From assembly GCA_038087875.1 (NCBI GenBank), contig JAXLNO010005073.1:124001-188000 (forward strand): a stretch of 64,000 nt of DNA. The letters are read 5' to 3'. The position numbers were made by a program, and so were the translations under genes. This document shows, piece after piece, positions 38,190 through 50,731 of this stretch (the stretch's first letter is position 1; each line of letters starts with the position of its first letter). The DNA comes from Malacoraja senta. Taxonomy: Eukaryota. A model generated the notes under the pieces. That model was not told the origin of the DNA. It was given only the letters and a program-made list of their open reading frames with translations, and ran no database searches.

Positions 38190-38870
38190 TCAGAATCAGA
38201 ATCACATTTTATTGGCCACGTAATAATACACAGGGAATTTGACAGTGCTTTGCTCGCATAAGGTAAAAACACGATATACAACAGACAATTAAAAATAAAA
38301 CATTATAATTTAAACATGTGAAAATAAAGTACCGGAGTAAAAAGAGGCTACCGACTTTTGGCTGTTGAGTAGAGCTACGGCTCGTGGGAAGAAGTTGTTT
38401 TTATGTCTGGCTGTGGCTGCTTTGACAATCAGGACTCACCTGCCAGAGGGAAGTGATTCAAAGAGTTTGTGGCCTGGGTGAGAGGGGTCAGAGATGATCT
38501 TGCCCGCTCACTTCCTGGCCCTTGCAGTGTACAGTTCATCAATGGAGGGAATGTTGCAGCCAATAACCTTCTCTGCTGATCGGACGATTCGCTGCAGCCT
38601 CCAGGTATCGTGCTTGGTGGCTGAGCCAAACCAGACCATGATGGAGAAGGTGAGGACAGACTCTATGATGGTAGTGTAAAACTGGACCATCATTGCCTGT
38701 GGCAGGTTGTGTTTCCTCAGCTGCCGCGGGAAGTACATCCTCTGTTGGGACTTTTTGACTGTGGAGTCGATGGTGGCCTCCCAATTAAGGTTGCTGGAGA
38801 TGATGATTCCGAAGAAATTAAATGACTCCACAGTTGTGACTGTGGTGTTGTTGAAGGTGAGTGGGGGAGG
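38190..38870 (-). mobile_element. Rex1/Babar-type LINE 3' fragment
   Basis: ORF 38508-38831 has QQRMYF.RQLRK...IESVLTFSIMVWFG. Confidence 0.8.
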
Positions 38871-39009
38871 GGAGGGGGAGCTCTACAATCAGGAGGGGAG
38901 GATTGAGTCTACAATCAATTCCACTGTCTATAGAGCACTGAGCTTCAGGTTGTTACGATGTCAACAGGACACCAGCTTTATGATTAGGGTGACTTGGACA
39001 TCGTGCTGA

Positions 39010-39410
39010 AGTAAGCATGCAGGTACAGCAGGCAATGGAGAAAGCAAATGGCATGTTGGCCTTCATAGCGAGATGATTTGAGTATAGGAGCAAAGAGATC
39101 CTACTGCAGTTGTACGGGGCCCTGGTGAGACCACACCTGGAGTATTGTGTGCAGTTTTGGTCTCCTAGTTTGAGAAAGGACATTCTTGCTATCGAGGGAG
39201 TGCAGCATAGGTTCACCAGGTTAATTCCTGGAATGGCGGACTGACATATTATGAAAGAATGGATCGACTGGGTATATATTCACTGAAATTTAGAAGGATG
39301 AGAAGGGATCTTATAGAAACGTATAAAATGATTAAGGGATTGGGCAGGCTAGATGCAGGAAAAATGTTCCCCATGTTGGGCGAGTCCAGAACCAGGGGTC
39401 CCAGCTGACA
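39010..39410 (+). mobile_element. CR1 fragment
   Basis: caggtacagcaggca...gtgagaccacacctggagtattgtgtgcagttttgg matches the CR1 RT C-terminus. Confidence 0.85.
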
Positions 39411-39506
39411 TCCCAGAGCCGGGGGTTTGTCCCTGTGGAAACTCACAACATTGTATCTCGGCGTGTGTGGAAATCTAATTCTTTGTTCCCTGTCCCTCTC
39501 TTGCAG

Positions 39507-39845
39507 GTTTACATAACAAGACGTACACAGTTTATCGCTCAGTCACAGATGACAGTCAACTCGACCTGATTTGTGAAGCTTCTCCTGAGCTCAGTGAAAC
39601 CAAATGGACTTGGAGATCACCACGTTTCCAGAATCAAGAGAAGGAAATAGCTTCTTCTCACAGGTCTGGGCCGATACATGTCAACAGGAGCTACTTTGGG
39701 AATCGACTGGAAACCATAGAGGGAAATGTGAATGGCAAGAATTTCCATGTGAGGATTGTCCCCGTGCAGTTTGCAGATGCTGGAGTTTACACATGTTCCA
39801 CGGGATCAAATATATATGTGACCATTGACCTAATCACAGTTACAG
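39507..39845 (+). CDS. Ig domain 7, V-type (this frame is absent from the ORF track)
   Basis: ctctcttgcAG acceptor, AG|GTAGGA donor, 339 nt open frame GLHNKTYTVY...LDLIC...WTW...FHVRIVPVQFADAGVYTC...IDLITVT; paralog of domain 3. Confidence 0.92.
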
Positions 39846-40652
39846 GTAGGAGACTGGATGTTACTACTTTCAAGAATTAAGTTACTGGTGTAGAGTTTCT
39901 AATCTGAGTGCAGACTGCAATGTCAGCAGAAATTCCCAAGTTTGAAGAATTATTTTACCTCCAGAGCTTCCTCTTCAACTTATTTGTATTTTGCTGAACC
40001 CAAAATCTGCTCTAAACCAACATTATTGGGAAGCACATCAAATGTTATTTTCATTTATTTTGCTGAAAACACATTGTTTTATACATAAGAGGGGGAATAT
40101 GATGAAATGTGATTCACAAAGGTGCAAATGAGCTTCTATCGAAAATATTTAAAAATCATTCAACTTCTCTTAATACATTCCCCAAGTTTCTTTGACCCCA
40201 AACGACCCATCCTAATTTTTGAAGGCTCACTGGACGCTTAAAACTGAGTGTATTTTGTGGAATTTATCGATTAATATTTACCTGGATGAGTGTTGTGGCC
40301 AAAACTGTGGCCAGAGACAATGATGTGGGCATTGGTTGCTCTTTGTATAATTAGTTCAAAACTGTTGTGAATGATTATGGAAAAGACACTTGGAGAGGTA
40401 CATGGATGGGAAAGGTGCAGAGGGATATGGGCCAAATGTGGGAACATATTTTAGATGGAGCATCTTGGTCAGCATGGATGAGTTGGGCTGAATGGACCGA
40501 ATTGTTTCATGCTGTGTGACTATGCCTCTAACTCTTGTTGTGTAATATAATTTTCCACACTTAGAACGCCAGATACTGGTGTCAAAGTACTGAGAAAAAT
40601 ACAACACAATCCAGACAAAATTCATTGTTTTACGATTTTCTTCTTTCCACAG

Positions 40653-40922
40653 TCACAACTGAACCATCTAGCGCAGTGACTGAGGGAAGAAACATTACCT
40701 TGACCTGCTCTGTGTCTCATGTCACTGAGTCAATAAGACTGGTTTGGATCAATGATGATGGCAAAGTTGTAGAGCAGAAAAATCTCATTCAAACAAAGCA
40801 GGAGAACAATTCTTTGCAGCTGATTATTGCAATAGCTGATGGAGTAAGAAGGAAATGGACATGTGGTTTGTTTCATCAAAGCACAGCCAAGGTTTCCATT
40901 CCATATAATCTGCAGGTGAACA
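40653..40922 (+). CDS. Ig domain 8, C2-type with WxC F-strand
   Basis: ttctttccacAG acceptor, A|GTAAGT donor, 270 nt. Motifs ITLTCSVSHV, LVW and KWTC; paralog of domain 4. Confidence 0.93.
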
Positions 40923-41537
40923 GTAAGTTTCTTAGCTTCTGCTCTTCGTTATCTCGACACAGAGTTCTTGTCACGTTGCTATTCTTTTTGGATAACTTTT
41001 AACATTTCATGTCTTACTGCAAGTAGAGCTCAATCATAGACATTTCCTGCAAACCTCTTGTCCATGCCTATAAGGTCACTTCTATTGTAAGTAGTCCAGG
41101 TCTCTGAAGCACATGGGAGCACATGGATCACTACTGCTGGCAGACCACTGACCAAGTCCTATGTTGGCCATCTCATTGAAGGTGATCGGGAATTTCATCA
41201 TCAATGTCTGTCCTTGTTGATAAGGGTCTCCACAGGTATGAAAACTGGTCCAGTAGTATGAAAACTAGTGTGTCACTGTGAACCTTTTTGTCAGAGGTCA
41301 GTATAGTAAGGTGGGCAGCTTGGTGGAAGATCTTTGCCATAACACCCAAACTGTGCCCCTTAAAGATCACAAAAGTAGTGAAAATCATCTTACAAATAGT
41401 TGTACAAGTTTCTTTCCCCTGTTCTGATGCTGTAAAACATTACAGCGGTTGAAGCATCCACAGTAACTTCACCAAAGGCTGCCGTGTGAGAACAGAAGAT
41501 GTGGGGGAGGGAATACTGATGTCTTCACCTTGTCTGA

Positions 41538-41835
41538 CCATGGTGGCGCAGTGGTAGGGTTGCTGCCTTACAGCGCCAGGGACCCGGGTTCAATCCTGAC
41601 TACAGGTGCTGTCTGTATGGAGTTTGTACCTTCATCCCGTGCCCTGTGTGGGTTTTCTCGAGGATTTCCGGTTTTCTCCCAAATTCCAAAGATGAACAAG
41701 TCTGTAGGTTAATAGGCTTGGTTTAATTGTATGTTGTCCCTGGTGTGTGTAGGATAGTGTTAGTCTGTGGGAATCGCTGGTTGGTGTGGACTCGGCGAGC
41801 CGAAGGGCCTGTTTCCGCGCTGTATCTCTAAACTA
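41538..41835 (+). mobile_element. tRNA-derived SINE, HE1-like
   Basis: ggtggcgcagtggtag...gacccgggttcaatcc head; ends tctctaaactaaac. Confidence 0.85.
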
Positions 41836-42439
41836 AACACGCCATTTCCTCCCAATCCCACCCATCCATTAATCCCTGCCCTTCATGTGGCCCCAAGCCT
41901 CGGTGAAAGACATTTTGTACAATGCTGACAGAAGGCAAAGCACTGATCCCTAACAGAGGAAGATCCTGTAAACACCCAGGCACAAAGAAACAATCTCCAC
42001 CACACATAGATCAATGAAGAGTCAGTGAAGCACAGTGGAAAGTATCAATGTCCCAACAGAAACATTTTAATTCCTCACAGATAATCACATCATCCAATCA
42101 TAGAATTGTGGAATGGTTGTAGCACAGAAGGTGGCCATTTGACCCATCATATCCATGCTAACTCTCATCCAGAGCAACTCGCTAATTCTACCCCCTCTCC
42201 TTTTGCCATTACATTGCAGCTTTTTCATCACTATATATTTCTCCAATTCTCTCTGGAAAGCCACGATAGAACCCAGCTCCCCAACTGATGCAGACAGTAC
42301 ACTTCAGACTCCAACTGCCTGCTGCCTAAAAAGATTTTCCTCAAGTCATTCTAACATGTTTTCCCCTTTATTTTAAACCTATAACATTTTGTGCTCAGCC
42401 TTTCCACTGAAGGGAGCATCCTTCCACAATCCATTCTGT

Positions 42440-45320
42440 TCAGACTGAATAAATGATGCATAAATGAACAATTATGCCATTGTGCAGATAACTATTAATG
42501 ACTATGATATAGTTGGGATCACGGAGACATGGCTCCAGGGTGACCAAGGCTGGGAGCTGAACATCCGGGGATATTCAATATTCAGGAGGGATAGACAGAA
42601 AGGAAAAGGAGGTGGGGTAGCGTTGCGGGTTAGAGAGGAGATTAACACAATAGAAAGGAAGGACATTAGCTTGGAGGATGTGGAATCGATATGGGTAGAG
42701 CTGCGAAACACTAAGGGGCAGAAAACACTAGTGGGTGTTGTGTACAGGCCACCTAACAGTAGTAGTGGAGTTGGGGATGGCATCAAACAGGAAATTAGAA
42801 ATGCGTGCAACAAAATAAAACAGTTATAATGGGTGACTTCAATCTACATATAGATTGGGTGAATCAAATTGGCAGGGGTGCTGAGGAAGAGGATTTCTTG
42901 GAATGTATGCGGGATAGTTTTCTAAACCAACATGTAGAGGAACCAACGAGAGAGCAGGCTATTCTAGACTGGGTATTGAGTAATGAGGAAGGGTTAGTTA
43001 GCAGTCTTGTTGTGCGTGGCCCCTTGGGCAAGAGTGACCATAATATGGTTGAGTTCTTCATTAGGATGGAGAGTGACATTGTTAATTCAGAAACAAGGGT
43101 TCTGAACTTAAAGAAAGGTAATTTTGAGGGTATGAGACGTGAATTTGCCAAGATTGACTGGCAATTGATTCTTAAAGGGTTGACGGTGGATATGCAATGG
43201 AAGGCATTTAAAGACTGCATGGATGAACTACAAAAATTGTTCATCCCAGTTTGGCAAACGAATAAATCAGGGAAGGTAGTGCATCCGTGGATAACAAGGG
43301 AAATCAGGCATAGTATCATAACAAAAGATGAAGCGTACAACTTAGCCAGAAAAAGCAGCCTACCAGAGGACTGGGAGGAATTCAGAGTCCAGCAGAGGAG
43401 GACAAAGGGCTTAATTAGGAAAGGGAAAATAGATTATGAAAGAAAACTGGCAGGGAACATAAAAACTGACTGCAAAAGATTTTATAGATATGTGAAGAGA
43501 AAGAGATTAGTTAAAACAAATGTAGGTTCCTTGCAGTCAGAAACAGGTGAATTGATCATGGGGAACAACGACATGGCAGACCAATTGAATAACTACTTTG
43601 GTTCTGTCTTCACTGAGGAAGACATAAATAATCTGCCGGAAATAGCAGGGGACCGCGGGTCAAATGAGATAGAGGAACTGAGTGAAATCCAGGTTAGCCG
43701 GGAAGTGGTGTTAGGTAAATTGAATGGATTAAAGGCCGATAAATCCCCAGGGCCAGATAGGCTGCATCCCAGAGTACTTAAGGAAGTAGCCCCAGAAATA
43801 GTGGATGCATTAGTGATAATTTTTCAAAACTCCTTAGATTCTGGACTAGTTCCTGAGGATTGGAGGGTAGCTAATGTAACCCCCCTTTTTAAAAAGGGAG
43901 GGAGAGATAAAACGGGGAATTACAGACCAGTTAGTCTAACATCGGTAGTGGGGAAACTGCTAGAGTCAGTTATTAAAGATGGGATAGCAGCACATTTGGA
44001 AAGTGGTGAAATCATTGGACAAAGTCAGCAAGGAATTACGAAAGGTAAATCATGTCTGACGAATCTTATAGAATTTTTCGAGGATGTAACAAGTAGAGTG
44101 GATAAGGGAGAACCAGTGGATGTGTTATATGTGGACTTTCAGAAGGCTTTCGACACGGCCCCACATAAGAGATTAGTATACAAACTTAAAGCACACAGTA
44201 TTGGGGGTTCAGTATTGATGTGGATAGAGAACTGGCTGGCAAACAGGAAGCAAAGAGTAGGAGTAAACGGGTCCTTTTCAGAATGGCAGGCAGTGACTAG
44301 TGGGGTACCGCAAGGCTCAGTGTTGGGTCCCCAGCTATTTACAATATATATTAATGATTTGGACGAGGGAATTGAATGCAACATCTCCAAGTTTGCGGAT
44401 GACACGAAGCTGGGGGGCAGTGTTAGCTGTGAGGAGGATGCTAGGAGGCTGCAAGGTGATTTGCATAGGCTGGGTGAGTGGGAAAATGCATGGCAGATGC
44501 AGTATAATGTGGATAAATGTGAGGTTATCCACTTTGGTGGCAAAAACAGGAAAGTAGACTATTATCTAAATGGTGCCCGATTAGGAAAAGGGGCGATGCA
44601 ACGAGACCTGGGTGTCATGGTACACCAGTCATTGAAAGTAGGCATGCAGGTGCAGCAGGCAGTGAAGAAAGCGAATGGTATGTTAGCATTCATAGCAAAA
44701 GGATTTGAGTATAGGAGCAGGAAGGTTCTACTGCAGTTGTACAGGGTCTTGGTGAGACCACACCTGGAGTATTGCGTACAGTTTTGGTCTCCAAATCTGA
44801 GGAAAGACATTCTTGCCATAGAGGGAGTACACAGGTACACCAGATTGATTCCTGGGATGTCAGGACTTTCATATGAAGAAAGACTGGATAGACTCGGCTT
44901 GTACTCGCTAGAATTTAGAAGATTGAGGGGGGTTCTTGTAGAAACTTACACAATTCTTAAGGGATTGGACAGGCTAGATGCAGGAAGATTGTTCCCGAGG
45001 TTGGGGAAGTCCAGGACAAGAGGTCACAGTTTAAGGATTAAGGGGAAATCCTTTAGGACCGAGATGAGAAAAACATTTTTCACACGGAGAGTGGTGATTC
45101 TCTGGAACTCTCTGCCACAGAAGGTAGTTGAGGCCAGTTCATTGCCTATATTTAAGAGGGAGTTAGATGTGGCCCTTGTGGCTAAAGGGATCAGGGGGTA
45201 TGGAGAGAAGGCAGGTACAGGATACTGAGTTGGATGATCAGCCATGATCATATTGATTGGCGGTGCAGGCTCGAAGGGCCGAATGGCCTACTCCTGCACC
45301 TATTTTCTATGTTTCTATGA
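42440..45320 (+). mobile_element. CR1 LINE ORF2 (APE + RT), 5'-truncated, one frameshift near 42820, inside the last ectodomain intron
   Basis: ORFs 42464-42829 (GITETWL, VGVVYRPP) and 42805-45228 (GDFN, DHN, KFADD); (ctatgttt)n tail. Confidence 0.96.
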
Positions 45321-45444
45321 TGTGATGAAAGAGCATTATTGACTCTTGTCTTCAAACTCTCTCTTCAGTGTGCCATGGTAATAACTGGACAGAGAACAGC
45401 CATTAAAAGAATCTCAATTATACCAGCCATATTTACTGTTTAGT

Positions 45445-45750
45445 TTAGAGATACAGCGCGGAAACAGGCCCTTCGGCCCACCGGGTCCACGCCAACCAGC
45501 GATCCCCGCATAATAACACTATCCTACACCCACTAGGGACAATTTTTACGTTTACTATGCCAATTAACCTACAAACATGTACCTCTTTGGAGTGTGGAAG
45601 GAAACAGAGGATCTCTGAGAAAACCCATGCAGGTCCCGGGGAGAAAGTACAAACTCCGTACTGACAGCACCCGTAGTCGGGATCGAGCCCGGGTCTCCGG
45701 CGCTGCATTCACTGTAAGGCAGCAACTCTACCGCTGCGCCACCGTGCCGC
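45445..45750 (-). mobile_element. tRNA-derived SINE, HE1-like
   Basis: The reverse complement begins gcggcacggtggcgcagcggtagagttgctgcc. Confidence 0.88.
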
Positions 45751-47402
45751 ATTCATTGTGTCATCTCTTTGTGACATGTTTACAGTTTGACTTGCCGATT
45801 CAACTGCTTCAATGCACCATCTGATGTGATTATTTGACTGAACACAGCAACCTGCTCCCTGATGGTCACTGTGTGCTTCAGGTTGGTGTTATTAATCCTT
45901 ACTCCTGGCGAGCAGCAGTCTCCCCCTGGGAGAGGACAACAGGGCTCTGACTATAGTCGGCTGAGAGTCCACTGAGGAATGAAGGCTTTGGTTGTCCTCT
46001 GCCTGTGCCTCAGTGCCAGTAAAACCCTGCTCCGTCAGCCGCTGCACCAAGGGAGAGGCCACCCCAACCCACACCGACTCCCACTGTGGTGTCCTCACCT
46101 CCCAGATTGGAAATCTGTGCTCCCGGCTGAGCAGAAGCCTCCCCATGTACGCTCATCTAGCACAGTCTCACTATGGAGCAGAACTGAAGTTGAACTTTAT
46201 TTTACAAGGGTCGCGCACACCAGCCTCTCCATCCTTTGGCCTCATTGCAGACTGATGCTTTTGGGTGTTGAGCTGTCCTTAGAGGGCAGGAGATATCAAT
46301 CAGTGAGTGAATAGATTAGTTGGTGTGTGGAATTAATGCATGGATCAACCATCACCAATTTTACACTAAAAACACATGAAGATGTGCTCATTAGGATTGC
46401 AATAATAATGTGTTCAACCTCATTGACATCAGTAGGCAATGGTTACATGCACAATACAGTTTTAGTACTTGAAGACCAAAATTAATTTTAGGAGTTGAAA
46501 ATCGGAATTAAAAATAATAATAATAATCAGCAGGACAGATAGGAACTGTGAAAGAGGAACAAGTCCAGCCATGATCGCATTAAATGACGGTGCTGGCTCG
46601 AGGGGCTGAATGGCCTACTCCTGCACCTATTGTCTATTGGCAAAGATCCTTTCTTTGAATCTGACAATGTTTTATTCATCATAAAACATGAACTCACTTC
46701 TTTCCCTTTCCACGGATACTGCTCAAACGGCTGAGTATTTGTAACGTTTACAGTTCTTGTGCTCCTGGTTAGAGAGGATTGAAGCTGGAGGGCAATATCC
46801 ACTCTGTTGTCAGCAGTGTTCATTCAACCATTGTTCCAGGCTTAGACTTTGATAGACATTTGTCCACTGTACAGTGGGAAGTGTCACAGCTGAATCAGCT
46901 ACTTTATCAACCAACCATCAGCTCCCATCTCCTGCCTGAGAAATGTCAGCTGATTGTAACCAAGAAATAGAAACTTGTGTGAATGTTTACAGTCTCTAAC
47001 TGATGGCTACTGAGGCAAGTTGTGGCTCTCTGATCTTTGTGAGTAAGGTTAATTAATCTGGGGGAAAAAAGACACAATGTGCTGGAGTAACTCAACGGGT
47101 CAGGCGGAATCTCTGGAGAACATGGATAGGTGAGGTTTTGGATCTTGACCCTACTTCAGACTAAAGGGCTGCGACCCGAAATATCACCTGCCTAACCTGC
47201 TGAGTTTCTCCAACACTTTGTGTCTTTTATTGGTAAACTCTCATCTGCAGTACCTTGTGTCTCAGTGAATCTGGATCACAAGTTAAACTCAAGACTTCTG
47301 ATCTAAATTAGTCAGTGTGGTTAATGCCTGGTCTTTGGGGGAGCTTTTGAATGATGTCCATTTATTCTACAAATGCGAACTCTGTGTTTATTATTTTGAC
47401 AG

Positions 47403-47510
47403 GGAATTATACTCTTATATACATCATTGTTGGAATTATCGGGAGTCTGGCTGTTCTCATCGTCATTATACTGGCAGTGGTGTGGTGTCAAAGAAAGCGC
47501 AAGCCTACAG
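47403..47510 (+). CDS. Transmembrane exon with basic stop-transfer segment
   Basis: attttgacAG acceptor, phase 1. Encodes NYTLIYIIVGIIGSLAVLIVIILAVVWCQRKRKPT and ends at a candidate donor AG|GTAAAG. Confidence 0.88.
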
Positions 47511-49217
47511 GTAAAGTACATGAAGACATCCTTAATGCAGCACAGATTCCCCAAATTATCAATGACAATGTTATCATTGTTACAAGGAGAAAAGAACAAT
47601 ATATTTTGGATAAGAAAAGTATCTGTTTGTGCATATGTTGTTGAGAAATTGATTTCAGACTTTTTGTGTTCAATTAAAGCATTATTTATGCAATGTGGAT
47701 TGTCTACCTACCTGCGTTGCCATGAGGAGTCTGCTGTATGATTTCAGGTGCTGTTCTGCAATGATCTGACCACGTGGTGATTGTGGCACCATCCCCTGTG
47801 TAAACCATTATCAAATAAACATGCCAGAAGATGAAGTATAGCTAGTGTAGTCATGTAGAAAATATGGTCTCCAATTTGCCCTCAACATGTTCCTATTTAC
47901 TGAGGGATGAAGATTGGCCAGGAAACCAGGAGACCAAGGTATCTCCACTGCACTTTGGTGATTCACGTTCCAAAATCTATTGTGTCCCAAGAGGCCAGAA
48001 GGGGCCTCAGTTAAACAAATAATCTTTAATCTGGTGAGGCCAATGCTCCAACAATCCCACATGGCAACAGAGTGTTAGGCTCAACTGTGTGTTCAAATTT
48101 GGGGTTGTGCCTGCGGGTTTATTCTGTGTTGTTGAACAAACTGATCAGACGGGTATCGGGCTAGTACAACAGTTCATCAAGGTCACTGACACATGGAATA
48201 CTCAATTCTTAAAGCTTCCCTTATATTTATATAAATCAACATTTTTTTCCCATTAAAAAAATAAACCATTCCAATAACTGATCATTAGAAATATAAAATT
48301 ACACGTTGAATATATTAACTGTGTGTACAATTATAAATTCAGTTGCTCCTTTACTTGTCATCTTGACTGGTGAAAACTCTGCAGTGCAAAGATGCATTTG
48401 TCCACTCTCCAGATATTTTCAACTCTGCTAGATACCTCCACATGTTGGCCTTACCTCATTCATGGTCTCCTGTGCCTTCCCACCCATGTTCTGTCCAGCA
48501 ATGGCTCTATTGTGGAATCCATACCGTAACTCAAATCCATGCTCATCCTGTACCTCATATTCTCCATCACCATCTTCTTGGGCATCCTGTCCATGTAACA
48601 CATGATCTATCCATGTAATTTGACTTCTGTCACCCATTCCCATCATTGCACCACCATTTTATTCACAATATTTTTCCTGAACTGAATCCGAATTCTCAGA
48701 TTATCAAATAGGATTTAAACCTGTGCTTCTGGACTATTAATCTCAAAGAGTCTTGGATTAATATCCAGTTAACCTATGACAATCCAAAAGTACATCAAAG
48801 TAAGCAAACTAAATAATGTACCCATTAACAGGAGTCAGCACAACACATTTGAAAGTAAGTTGGAGAGAAACACATCACCAATTCTAAATCTGGTAATGTT
48901 GGGAAAAGTTAATTACATATTGTGTTTATCATATTTGTGGAAAACGGAGTTAATGGAATCTCTATTGTGTTTTGTTCAATGTGTGAAATTAAATTGTATG
49001 TAAAATCATGAGGGGAATAGATAGGGTGAGTGTGCAGAGTCTTTGACCCAGTATAAAGTAATCAAAAACTAGAAGACATAGGTTTAAGTTGAGAGGAACC
49101 TGAGTGGCAGCTTTTTCACTCAGATGATGTTGGTTATATGGAACAAGCTGACAGAGAAGGTCAATGAGGAAGGAACTATAACTGCATTTAAAAGACACTT
49201 AGGTAGGTACATGAACC

Positions 49218-50218
49218 ACCGGGTGGCGCCGCAATGGCCGCCTCGCCAACAGTCTGTCTCGTCCTTTTCCTTCTTTGATGTTTTTTAGTATGTGTTAAAT
49301 GGATGTTTTAGTGTTCTTTAGTTTTATTTTATGTGGGGGGTGGAGGGAGGTTGGGGGAAACTTTTTAAAATCTCTTACCTCGACGAAGATGCATTTTTTC
49401 CGTATCGTATCTCCATCCGCATCCGCACTGTGGCCTAACATCGAGGTGCTGGCGGCCTCTTGCTGGGGATCGACCTTGGAGCTCCAACCGTGGGAGCCTG
49501 CAGGATATAACATCGTGGAGCTGGTGGTCCCTGTCGGGGATCGACCTTGGATCTCCAACCGTGGAGCCTGCAGGACTTAACATCGTGGAGCAGGTGGTCC
49601 CTGTCGGGGATCGACCTTGGAGCTCCAACCATGGGAGCCTGCAGGATGTAACATCGTGAAGCACGTGGTCCCTTGGTTAGGGATCGACTTCGGGAACTCC
49701 AACCGCGGGAGCCTGCAGGATTTAACATCGTGGAGCTGGTGGTCCCTTGGTTAGTGATCGACTTCGGGAGCTCCAACCGTGGGAGCCTGCAGGATTTAAC
49801 ATTGTGGAGCACGTGGTCCCTTGGTTAGGGATCGACTACGGGAGCTCCAACCGTGGAGCCTGCAGGATTTAACATCGTGGAGCACGTGGTCCCTTGGTTA
49901 GAGATCAACTTCGGGAGCTCCAAGCCGCAGGAGCTTCGACCGCCCTGACCTGGGGGCTTCAATCGTCAGCTGCGGGAGCTTCTATCACCCCGAATGTGAA
50001 TGGTTCGACTGCCCTGACCGCGGGAGAATAAAGAGTGAAGAAGATTAGACTTTATCGCCTTCCGTCACAGTGAGGAATGTGGAGAATCCACTGTGGTGAA
50101 TGTTTATATTAACTTTTCTGTAGTTGTGTGTCTTGTTGCTTTTTCTAATATGACTATGATAAATTGAGTTTAATTGTACCTTAATTGCTGCACATGACAA
50201 TAAAATACATTTGAATCT
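49218..50218 (+). mobile_element. Non-autonomous retroelement-like repeat with ~60-bp internal tandem units
   Basis: About 8 units gatcgac...agctccaaccgtgggagcctgcaggat.taacatcgtggagc; its 3' end resembles 63413-63637 and ends tgacaataaa. Confidence 0.6.
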
Positions 50219-50243
50219 TTGGAGAAGAAAGGTTAAGGTCATG

Positions 50244-50470
50244 GTGTAGCGCCGCCTGATGGGGCACGTAGATATCGAACCCGGCGTTGGGAAGCCGCGG
50301 TCACGTGACTCGGGAGGGGCTGCTGTTTTCGTGCGGTTTCGTTTTGGCGCCACAGTTGTTTTGCTGACCACCGTTGTGATCAGACGTGTATGCAGAGACC
50401 TCTTTGCTAAGGAGCGAGTGTTCAATAAAAACCGTTCAGAAAACATAGTCGTCGTTTCTGCATCCGCTAA
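50244..50470 (+). mobile_element. Possible short solo LTR
   Basis: Starts TGTAGCG, CpG-rich, internal AATAAA, inserted in an older repeat; the 3' CA is not clean. Confidence 0.3.
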
Positions 50471-50731
50471 AATGGGTGAATTGCAGGCACATGGGACAAG
50501 CTTGGATGGGGCAACTTGGATGGTATAGACTAGTTGAGCCAAAGGAGATGGTTCTGTGCTGTATGACTCTATGACTCTTTGACTTTATAAAAGGGTGAAA
50601 ACAATTTAAATTGTGCCCTCTCTCTGAACAGGTTTGGGCAATCAAAGACAGACAGCTCCACCATCAAAAAGAAACACAGAAAGTGAATCTCAACTTTAAG
50701 GCAACCTTGAAGAAATTCAGCAGAAGGCAGG

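Larger units (their letters stand above)
27960..47820 (+). other. Gene span: IgSF type I membrane receptor with 8 Ig domains, CD4/LAG-3-like architecture (orthology unproven)
   Basis: Ten coding exons read by hand. Each Ig exon and the TM exon has a pyrimidine-tract/AG acceptor and a GT donor, all junctions are phase 1, and the spliced frame (29013 to 47510, 2596 nt) has no stops. There is an AATAAA at 47814-47819. Confidence 0.88.

Noticed and set aside
42502-45251. Numerous minus-strand ORFs within CR1 copies
   Set aside because: They are antisense shadows of RT ORF2 and recur in every copy because the element is repeated.
45979-46314. ORF starting MKALVVLCLCLSAS (secreted peptide?)
   Set aside because: It is intronic, has no recognisable mature domain and no supporting exon structure; probably chance or old repeat DNA.
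48370-48618. His/Pro-rich ORF as the cytoplasmic exon (phase-compatible AG near 48411)
   Set aside because: It lies beyond the AATAAA at 47814, has no signalling motif and resembles decayed repeat; not excluded without RNA data.
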